A DNA stretch of 64,000 bases. Source: an uncultured Candidatus Peribacteria bacterium (GTDB taxonomy: Bacteria; Patescibacteriota; Gracilibacteria; UBA1369; UBA12473). Where the stretch lies: contig CAYYQE010000002.1 in the NCBI GenBank assembly GCA_964473745.1, positions 5,045 through 69,044 of the forward strand, given 5' to 3'. The stretch's first letter is position 1. Each line of letters opens with the position of its first letter. A program made the position numbers and the translations under genes. The notes beneath the pieces were generated by a model. The model ran no database searches. It was not told the origin of the DNA and saw nothing but the letters and a program-made list of their open reading frames with translations. Positions 17,344-24,858 of the stretch are shown piece by piece.

Positions 17344-17922
17344 ATGCTTGTTCCTATGCTCTTAAAGCGCCTTTTCACTTCACAGACTCGCGTAAAACTT
17401 CTTACCCTGTTTCTAACGAATCCCGAGGAGGAATATTTTATTCGCGAGCTTACCAGGCGACTTGATGAACAAATAAATTCTGTTCGGAGGGAGCTAGATA
17501 ATCTGAAGAAATTTGGGCTCCTTAGAAGCCGTATGAAAAATCGTAAAAAATTCTACGTAGTAAATCCCAAATTCCCATTATTATCAGAATTACAGAGTAT
17601 TATCCTAAAAAGCACCGACCAAAACGCCAAAGTAGTCGAAGCAATCTTAAAATTGGGGCAAGTTGATTTACTTTTGCTTTCGGGATTTTTTCTTAAAAAA
17701 GATTCCGAAGTGGATTTACTATTAGTCGGCGAAATGGACAAAGATGTTTTACAAAGCTTCCTCGATAAAGAGGTTAATTCCGATCGAGCAATTAAATACA
17801 CGTCTTTAACTCGGGAAGATTTCATTTATCGAATTAAGTGTAATGACCGTTTTATCAAGGATTTACTTACCGATCCGGAAAACATGATTGCGCATAATCA
17901 GCTTCAAAACGCTCTTTCTTGA
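17344..17922 (+). CDS. Winged-helix (ArsR-like) DNA-binding protein with C-terminal domain of unknown function
   Basis: N-terminal RVKLLTLFLTNPEEEYFIRELTRRLDEQINSVRRELDNLKKFGLL is a typical wHTH pattern. The true start may instead be the ATG at 17356. Confidence 0.55.
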   Translation: MLVPMLLKRLFTSQTRVKLLTLFLTNPEEEYFIRELTRRLDEQINSVRRELDNLKKFGLLRSRMKNRKKFYVVNPKFPLLSELQSIILKSTDQNAKVVEAILKLGQVDLLLLSGFFLKKDSEVDLLLVGEMDKDVLQSFLDKEVNSDRAIKYTSLTREDFIYRIKCNDRFIKDLLTDPENMIAHNQLQNALS

Positions 17923-18013
17923 GTTAACCTTAAAAAAATTTGCCTTTACAACCATGCCTTGCTTCCCTATAATCGGGCAGTCTTAATCTCAAAAAAATCT
18001 CAAAAAATCCATC

Positions 18014-18685
18014 ATGAATCAACAATTACTTTCGCACGTTCAGCAAAAATCTCTTCAAAAGAGAGTCCCACCAATTCGTCCCGGGAATACGGTGCGAGTT
18101 CATCAAAAAATTGTTGAATCAACTAAAGATGGATCCAAGGAGCGCATCCAGCTTTTTGAGGGGCTAGTGATTGCCGTAAACAGCGGCACCGGAACAGATA
18201 AAACTTTTACAGTTCGCAAAATTGCCAGTGGGGTCGGAGTAGAAAAGATTTTCCCAGTTCACTCCAGCAATATTGCCAAAATTGAAGTACTTAGAAATTC
18301 AAAAATTCGCCGTTCAAAACTATATTTCATGCGGGATCGAACCGGTAAAAGCGCTCGACTAAAAGAAGCCAAACTTTTGGGTTGTGATTTTTCAGAGGAG
18401 GAAGAAGTAACCGAAGAAGCAATTCAAGAAGCAGTAGTGGCCGCCAAAGAAGCTGAAGAGGCAGAAAAGGTTGCCAAAGAGGAGGCTGGCGAAGAACCAG
18501 CCGCCGAAGAACCAGCCGCCGAAGAACCAGCCGCCGAAGAACCAGCCGCCGTTGAAGAACCGGCGGAAGTAGAACCCGAAGCAGTAGAAGCCGCTCCAGA
18601 AGAAACTACTCCAGAAGAAACACCCGAGGTTGCGCCTGAGCCGGAAGCAGCAACCGAAGAACCCGAGGAAGAGAAATCTGCCTAA
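18014..18685 (+). CDS. rplS: 50S ribosomal protein L19 with about 105-aa acidic C-terminal extension
   Basis: The core RPGNTVRVHQKIVE...RIQLFEGLVIAV...FTVRKIASGVGVEKIFPVHSSNIAKIEV matches L19. The tail after about residue 118 is Glu/Pro/Ala-rich. Confidence 0.9.
   Translation: MNQQLLSHVQQKSLQKRVPPIRPGNTVRVHQKIVESTKDGSKERIQLFEGLVIAVNSGTGTDKTFTVRKIASGVGVEKIFPVHSSNIAKIEVLRNSKIRRSKLYFMRDRTGKSARLKEAKLLGCDFSEEEEVTEEAIQEAVVAAKEAEEAEKVAKEEAGEEPAAEEPAAEEPAAEEPAAVEEPAEVEPEAVEAAPEETTPEETPEVAPEPEAATEEPEEEKSA
18491..18550 (+). repeat. Perfect 4x tandem 15-nt repeat (GAAGAACCAGCCGCC) encoding (EEPAA)4 in the L19 tail
   Basis: Read directly: units at 18491-18505, 18506-18520, 18521-18535 and 18536-18550. 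Confidence 0.95.
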
Positions 18686-18693
18686 CCATTGGA

Positions 18694-19263
18694 ATGACCT
18701 CCCAAAAACAAGTGATCGCTGGGATGGATGAAGCTGGTCGGGGACCATGGGCTGGGCCAGTAGTGGCTGCAGCGGTAATTTTGCCTAAAGGTATTCATTT
18801 ACCAGGCTTAAACGATTCAAAAAAAGTAACTCTAGCTAAGCGGGAGCAGCTTTATGCAAAAATCACCCAGAGAGCCGAGTGGGGGATTGGTCAGGCCTCC
18901 CACAAGGAAATTGACCGCCACGGCCTCTTAAAAGCCACTGAATTAGCTTTTAGACGTGCTTTAAAAGCACTACCAGCCCTTCCAAACCATATCTATATAG
19001 ATGGGCGAGATGCTTTTACTTTTTCAGTATCACACACTTCTGTTGTTAGAGGAGATCAAAAAATACGCTGTATAAAAGCCGCTTCTATCTTGGCCAAAGT
19101 AACGAGGGATAGGCTAATGAGTAAGTATGGGGTAAAATTTCCACACTACCATTTTGAAAAGCACAAAGGTTATGGAACTCTCAAACACCGAAATGCTCTC
19201 AAAAAACATGGTATTACACCCTGGCACCGGCGCAGTTTTAAGCCTGTTCAACCTCATATCTAA
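18694..19263 (+). CDS. rnhB: Ribonuclease HII
   Basis: IAGMDEAGRGPWAGPVVAAAV is the DEAGRG catalytic motif. DSKK and the size (189 aa) fit RNase HII. Confidence 0.9.
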   Translation: MTSQKQVIAGMDEAGRGPWAGPVVAAAVILPKGIHLPGLNDSKKVTLAKREQLYAKITQRAEWGIGQASHKEIDRHGLLKATELAFRRALKALPALPNHIYIDGRDAFTFSVSHTSVVRGDQKIRCIKAASILAKVTRDRLMSKYGVKFPHYHFEKHKGYGTLKHRNALKKHGITPWHRRSFKPVQPHI

Positions 19264-19269
19264 TTCTAT

Positions 19270-20310
19270 ATGACCAAACCAACCTGGATCATTTGTGGCA
19301 ATTATGGAGCTGGGAATTTAGGAGACGAGGCTGTTTTAAGGGGCCTTTTAAACCTGTGGGGAACAGAAAAAAACCTAATTGTAATGAGCGTCAATCCCAT
19401 CCAGACACACCAAGAATTTGGAGTAAAGACTATTAACAGATTACCCAGCGGCCTGCGGTCCCGCTTAAAGGCCTGGTTCATTCCCAAATATCGAGCTGAA
19501 TTAAACAAAACTAAAGAAGCTATTTCAAATTGCGATCGCTTTATTTTAGGTGGGGGAACCCTGCTAACTGATGAGCCGCGCGCCTCGATGTTTGTTTGGG
19601 GAAAACAGTTAAAAGCAGCTTTTAAATATGGGAAAAAAGTTGAATTTTATGCCAATGGAATTGGTCCCCTAAACTCAAAATGGGCTAAAAAGTGGGCCAA
19701 ATCTCTTTTGCAGCGTGCCCAAGCACTGAGCGTCCGAGATAATCTTTCCTTAGAATGGCTAGATTCACTCGGGATTAAAGGAGCTCAATTAGTAAAAGAT
19801 CCTGCTCTACACCTCACTTTAAACCCTACAAAAGCAACTAAAGAGTTCCCCAAAAACACCATAATCCTGGCGCCACGGTTTTGGGAAAAGCACCATAATC
19901 AGACCACAGAATCGCTCAAAAAATTTGTTCAATACCTCTGTGTTGAACAAGGTAAATATATGGTTGGAATACCCTTTGAAAAGAACAACAAAAAAGACAC
20001 GGATTTGCTGAGTAAAATATTTGATCAAGAAGGGGTAAGGAATTCATCTGAAATTTGGAAAGATTACAAAAATGAAAATGAAGTTTTAGAAACTATGGCC
20101 CAAGCAGAAATGGTTATCGGCATGCGCTTGCACAGTCTTCTTTTTGCTCACCTTGCCGCAACACCTTTCATTGGTTTGGCCTACATGGAAAAAGTAGTTG
20201 CTCTTGCTAAAGATTTAGATCCCGAAAATCCCATTATCAGCTTAGATAATTTATCTTACGAAAATCTAAAAAGAGCCTATCTAAGTTGCGCCCCAAAAGT
20301 TTCTTCGTAA
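19270..20310 (+). CDS. csaB: Polysaccharide pyruvyl transferase, CsaB-like
   Basis: The pattern GNYGAGNLGDEAVL ... ILGGGTLLTD ... NGIGP ... VRD..S ... DPAL matches my memory of the PS_pyruv_trans family. The exact orthology to CsaB is inferred from the co-occurring SLH proteins. Confidence 0.65.
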   Translation: MTKPTWIICGNYGAGNLGDEAVLRGLLNLWGTEKNLIVMSVNPIQTHQEFGVKTINRLPSGLRSRLKAWFIPKYRAELNKTKEAISNCDRFILGGGTLLTDEPRASMFVWGKQLKAAFKYGKKVEFYANGIGPLNSKWAKKWAKSLLQRAQALSVRDNLSLEWLDSLGIKGAQLVKDPALHLTLNPTKATKEFPKNTIILAPRFWEKHHNQTTESLKKFVQYLCVEQGKYMVGIPFEKNNKKDTDLLSKIFDQEGVRNSSEIWKDYKNENEVLETMAQAEMVIGMRLHSLLFAHLAATPFIGLAYMEKVVALAKDLDPENPIISLDNLSYENLKRAYLSCAPKVSS

Positions 20311-21233
20311 CGATTCACAAACTCTTCATAGCTTGGGTGATGATTTTGCGTTCCAATATTTTCAACAACATAAGTGGCCATCAAGGCTCCCATGCGCCCA
20401 CAAGCTTTTAGCTCCCGACCTTCAACATATCCTTTTAGAAAACCAGCTCGATAGCCATCACCACATCCGGTGGGGTCAACCATTTCTCGAGCAACCGCAA
20501 CCGGCACTTTAATAGGTGAAAGAGCACTAGTTTCTGGCGTGTAAATTTCAGATCCTTCTTTGCCACGGGTGACAATAAGGAGTTTAACTTTTTCCAAGAT
20601 ATCTACTAAATCCAAATGAGTTCTCTTTTTAAACATCTCGAGCTCATAATCATTCAAGAAAAGCCCCTCGGCTCCGTCAATTGCTTCGTGTAATTGCTCG
20701 GGCGTGAAAATAGGCATATTTTGCCCCGGATCAAAGAAATAAGGTGTCCCAGCCGACTTAGCCTCTCGGATATATTGCATCACTCGTCCGGAATCATCAG
20801 GAGCAATAATAATTGCCTTTACCTCCTTAAAAGCATCCTCAGTATTAATCGGTTCATCGGCACTCATTGCCCCTGGATGGAATTGAGCAATTTGATGACC
20901 TTTTGGATCAGTCATAATTGTCGCCGAGGCAGTTGGGACCTTAGAAAAAACTTTTATATTTTTCAGATCCACGTTTTTTTCAGATAACCATTTTTTATAA
21001 TCCCCAAAATCATATCCCACGGCCGCCACCAAGGTGGCTGATTCTTCCAAAAGAGCTAAATTATAAGCAATATTTCCTCCGGTTCCACCAAAATGTCGAA
21101 CCTTATCATGAACCAAAAAACAAACACTAAGTTCAGCTAATTTATCTGGCAAAAGTACTTTTTCGAAAGGGCGCTCATAACTAGAAATATAATCGTAAGC
21201 TAATGAGCCGGTAACTGCGATTTGAGAAGACAT
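20277..21233 (-). CDS. PfkB-family carbohydrate/nucleoside kinase
   Basis: GGTGGNIAYNLA is the N-terminal PfkB motif and DPTGCGDGYRAGF is the C-terminal DTxGAGD-type motif. The ATG lies 2 nt after the infB stop. Confidence 0.8.
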   Translation of the reverse strand: MSSQIAVTGSLAYDYISSYERPFEKVLLPDKLAELSVCFLVHDKVRHFGGTGGNIAYNLALLEESATLVAAVGYDFGDYKKWLSEKNVDLKNIKVFSKVPTASATIMTDPKGHQIAQFHPGAMSADEPINTEDAFKEVKAIIIAPDDSGRVMQYIREAKSAGTPYFFDPGQNMPIFTPEQLHEAIDGAEGLFLNDYELEMFKKRTHLDLVDILEKVKLLIVTRGKEGSEIYTPETSALSPIKVPVAVAREMVDPTGCGDGYRAGFLKGYVEGRELKACGRMGALMATYVVENIGTQNHHPSYEEFVNRYEETFGAQLR

Positions 21234-21235
21234 AA

Positions 21236-23308
21236 TTAAAGGGTTTTATGACGAGTTTCCTCTTTAGAAAATTCAAAGATATCTCCTTCTTGGAGTTTGA
21301 TTTTACCTTTATAGCGAATTCCGCATTCCGATCCTTTTTCAATCTCCTTCACATCTTCATTTACTAGTTTTAGGCCAACTGCTTTCCCAATTCCGATTTG
21401 TTCCTTATCTCGGAAAACATTAATGTCAGCATTCACTTCAACTTTTCCGGCGGTAATTTTGCACCCGGCCACCATCTCGTTTTTGCCAGTAAAGAAAATT
21501 TGAAGAATCTTGGCTTTTCCAAGCTCAACTACCACAGTTTCAGGTTCCAAAAGACCAGAAAGAATTTTTCGGAGATCATCAATAAGCTCATAAATTACTT
21601 TATAAACCGAAACTTCAGTGTGGTGCCGTTCCGCCAGCCGATTGACCTGAGGTGACACCCCGGTATGAAATCCGATTACTACTCCATGACTAGCCGCGGC
21701 CATCATTACATCAGACTCGGTAACATTCCCAACGCCCGAATGAATTACTTTCACGGCCACATCACTAGATTTAAGTTCCTTGGCAATACTTTGTTTAATT
21801 GCTTCGAGTGAACCATTTGTATCCGCTTTTAAAACCACCTTAACCGTTTTGAGCTGACCTTCTTTGATCTGTTCTACTATTTCACCTAGGCCCATCCCCA
21901 TATTCTGGATTTTCCCCTCTTTAATTAAAGTGGAAACCTCTTCGGCTTTTTGGCGAGCCATTCGTTCATTACTAATTACTTGCAAAATATCGCCAGCTTG
22001 CGGTGTTTTCGAAAGACCAGCAACCAAGGCTGTGCCTGACGGACCAATTTTTTGAAAACGTTTTCCAAGATGGTTTTGCATTAATTTAATTTTTCCGTGA
22101 GTTGCTCCTACAATCACCGGATCCATCACTTTTAAGGTTCCAGTATTAATCAAAACCGTGGCCACGGGCCCTAGATTCGGGTCAAGATGAGCTTCGACAA
22201 CCGTTCCTACGGCTGGACGTTTGGAGTTCGCTTTCAAATCCTGTAATTCCGCGACCACTAAAATCATATCTAATAGTTTGTCGATCCCTTCGTTTTTAAG
22301 AGCAGAAATCGGAACCATGACCGTGTCTCCGCCCCATTCTTCGGGGATTAGTTCGTGTTCAGCTAATTCACCTTTTACTTTGTCCGGATTGGCATTTGGT
22401 TTGTCCATTTTGTTAATCGCCACAATAATCGGCACTTTTGCTTCTTTAGCGTGATTAATAGCCTCGATTGTTTGCGGTTTAACTCCTTCATCAGAAGCAA
22501 CCACCAAAATAGCAACATCCGTAACGCGGGCTCCACGTGCTCGCATAGCCGTAAAAGCTTCGTGCCCCGGAGTATCTAAAAAAGTAATTTGATGACCATT
22601 CTTTTCAACCTGATACGCACCAATATGTTGCGTGATTCCGCCCGACTCAGTGTCTACCACATTGGCATCTCGAATAGTGTCCAATAATTTCGTTTTCCCA
22701 TGGTCAACATGCCCCATTACTGTTACGACCGGGGGGCGAGTTTTTAGGTTGGCTGCCTCATCTTCCTGTAATAGTTTTTCTAAATCTCCTTTCATAATAT
22801 CCTCGGATTCCGCGGCGGCATGTTTACGCACAATTTTCACTCCCAAATCTTCGGCCAAAATATGAGCAGTTTCGTAATCCACGGGTTGGTTAATGTTAGC
22901 CAAAATTCCGTTTTTCATCAGTTCGCCAATAATTCGTACCGGACTAATACCAATCTTTTCCGCAAATTCTTTAACTGGAATAAAATCAGGGATTTCGATT
23001 ATCCCTTTTTTAACCTGGGCTTTTTCTTCGGCGTCATCAGTTTTGACTTTATCCGTGTGGCGCCCCGCTGTTTTTTTACGCTGTTTTTTAATTAGCTCTT
23101 TTTCCATCTCTTGTGAAACTATTTCATCGTAAGCGTCCGCTTTATCACTAACTTCTTTGTTAAATTCTTCGGCTAAAAGTGCTGCCAAATCATCTTCCAA
23201 AGTGTCTGCATCTTCTTCAATATCAAAGCCTAGCGCAGCGCTCCGAGCTATTAATTGCTCCTTAGATAAACCGACTTTTTTAGCAAATTGAACTAAAGGT
23301 GTAGACAT
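21236..23308 (-). CDS. infB: Translation initiation factor IF-2
   Basis: G domain [25 protein letters not shown] and NKMD, with the domain order typical of IF-2. Confidence 0.95.
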   Translation of the reverse strand: MSTPLVQFAKKVGLSKEQLIARSAALGFDIEEDADTLEDDLAALLAEEFNKEVSDKADAYDEIVSQEMEKELIKKQRKKTAGRHTDKVKTDDAEEKAQVKKGIIEIPDFIPVKEFAEKIGISPVRIIGELMKNGILANINQPVDYETAHILAEDLGVKIVRKHAAAESEDIMKGDLEKLLQEDEAANLKTRPPVVTVMGHVDHGKTKLLDTIRDANVVDTESGGITQHIGAYQVEKNGHQITFLDTPGHEAFTAMRARGARVTDVAILVVASDEGVKPQTIEAINHAKEAKVPIIVAINKMDKPNANPDKVKGELAEHELIPEEWGGDTVMVPISALKNEGIDKLLDMILVVAELQDLKANSKRPAVGTVVEAHLDPNLGPVATVLINTGTLKVMDPVIVGATHGKIKLMQNHLGKRFQKIGPSGTALVAGLSKTPQAGDILQVISNERMARQKAEEVSTLIKEGKIQNMGMGLGEIVEQIKEGQLKTVKVVLKADTNGSLEAIKQSIAKELKSSDVAVKVIHSGVGNVTESDVMMAAASHGVVIGFHTGVSPQVNRLAERHHTEVSVYKVIYELIDDLRKILSGLLEPETVVVELGKAKILQIFFTGKNEMVAGCKITAGKVEVNADINVFRDKEQIGIGKAVGLKLVNEDVKEIEKGSECGIRYKGKIKLQEGDIFEFSKEETRHKTL

Positions 23309-23353
23309 AACGGGAATAGTCTACCCGATGATAAGGGAAAAGAAAAGAGAAGC

Positions 23354-24403
23354 TTAAGAGGTGATTTTTTTAGGAATTTCCGTCCCTCCCTCGATGGTTT
23401 CCAATTTGTCACGAAATCTAGAAAGGCGCTTTTCCGAAGAGACATAGCTGTTTTGAGCTCGCCCCAAGTGTGTCCCAACTAAATTGAAGTCCTCGCCAAA
23501 TTTAGTAAAATCAGTTTGCAAACGACCCAGCGTAGTCAAAATGTCTTTGGCTCCTTTTTCAATCTGTAAACCTCGTAATCCCAACAAAATCGCCTGCAGA
23601 TAAATATAAAAACTATTTGGTGAAACCGGTATTACCCGCTTGGAAAGAGCATACTGGCTAATACTCTTTTCATCTTGATCCTTAACAATCACCTCGTAAT
23701 ACACATTTTCGGCCGGTACATACATCAAGGCAAAATCAAAAGTTCCTTCATCCGGAAGAATATACTTGGCCGCAATATCATCAATATGTTTGCGAACATC
23801 AGTTGTAAACAATTTTTTAGCTTTTCGCTGTGTGTCTTCGTCATCTTTAGCCTCTATAACTCGTTTGAAATTTTCTAGCGGAAACTTGGCGTCTACTGGT
23901 ACCATCATTTTGTCGCGCAATTGAATGACGGCATCAACCATTGCTCCGGTTTTAAACTTGTATTGCAAGGTAAAGTTTTCTTTTGGGAAAATTTGGGAAA
24001 GCAAATCACCTAAGAAAAATTCACCTAAATTTCCACGGAGTTTAGGGGCCTTAAGAATTTCTTGAAGACTGGAAATATCTTTTCCAACTTCATAGATCTT
24101 TTTATTAGACTCTTCGAGCGATGAAAGGCGAGAAGTAACCTGGGTAACAGCCTTTGCTGCCGTGTCTAGTCGTTCGCCAACGCTACGATGAGCTCGTTCA
24201 TTTATGCGAGCTCCTTCTTTTAGTCGTTCATCCAAAATACTTGATACAGCGTTCAACTGCTGCAGCATGGTTTGTGTTGTCTGACTAAATTGCTGACTCA
24301 TTTGATCGAGCCGCGGGTCAGTGGGAGTTTGCTGGCGTGATAACAGTAGATAAAGAACCGCTCCGGTCGCCACAATTGAAAAAATAATAAGAAAGATCTC
24401 CAT
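23354..24403 (-). CDS. rmuC: DNA recombination protein RmuC
   Basis: N-terminal TM helix, a coiled-coil, then a nuclease-like core (VPVDAKFPLENF, ALMYVPAENVYYE), as in RmuC. Confidence 0.85.
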   Translation of the reverse strand: MEIFLIIFSIVATGAVLYLLLSRQQTPTDPRLDQMSQQFSQTTQTMLQQLNAVSSILDERLKEGARINERAHRSVGERLDTAAKAVTQVTSRLSSLEESNKKIYEVGKDISSLQEILKAPKLRGNLGEFFLGDLLSQIFPKENFTLQYKFKTGAMVDAVIQLRDKMMVPVDAKFPLENFKRVIEAKDDEDTQRKAKKLFTTDVRKHIDDIAAKYILPDEGTFDFALMYVPAENVYYEVIVKDQDEKSISQYALSKRVIPVSPNSFYIYLQAILLGLRGLQIEKGAKDILTTLGRLQTDFTKFGEDFNLVGTHLGRAQNSYVSSEKRLSRFRDKLETIEGGTEIPKKITS

Positions 24404-24858
24404 AGGTAAAATTATATTACATGAGCCTGGTTAAAGATAAAAACCCCAAAAAGACTTGACTAAGGGTTCTTAAAATGTTATCATTAGGTAATCTGATCAT
24501 TGAAATTCCAAGAGTCTTAGAGAGAAATCTGCTTTAGAAAGTGGGTGATATCGCGTTATCATTGGCTTCCTAAGGCAGTTTCCTCTCTGAGAACAGATAG
24601 CCGCCGTCTAAGATGCTGCTCCCGACGTTGCATCTTACCGCCGTTTCCTCGTTTTTGGTTAGGGGCAATACGCCATTAATAGAGATTTGGGCCAGATAGG
24701 ATGGCTTGAGCGTGATCGGTTTTTCCTTTCATACTCAGCTACCCTAGGGAACTAGGGCTTTCATTTTCGCTTTGCGTTTCTGAAAACTCTTATCCTTCAT
24801 TTCATGGATTTTATTTATGAAATGATCCAGTGTTGGTGACTGTTCTTAGGGAGTTTTT
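24404..24858. other. 455-bp non-coding spacer rich in hairpins; candidate structured RNA of unknown class
   Basis: No ORF longer than about 24 codons on either strand. There is a 76-nt extended hairpin at 24516-24591. An 8-bp hairpin at 24609-24637 is flanked by CCGCCGT direct repeats. Further hairpins lie at 24742-24757 and 24797-24825. Confidence 0.35.

Noticed and set aside
17256-17465. 69-aa ORF upstream of or overlapping the wHTH regulator gene, and a possible TGCACA..TGTGTA operator at about 17320-17336
   Set aside because: The ORF begins with GTG in an A-rich spacer and overlaps the better-supported 17344 gene. The inverted repeat is short and imperfect, so it is not reported as a feature.
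24404-24858. Identity of the long spacer as RNase P RNA, tmRNA or SRP RNA
   Set aside because: I found no GAGGAAAGUCC/ACAGA..CGGCUUA P4 pair at a plausible distance. There is no tRNA-like T-arm with CCA or plausible tag reading frame, and no GNRA-capped helix 8 with an AGCA motif. The spacer remains an unclassified candidate RNA.
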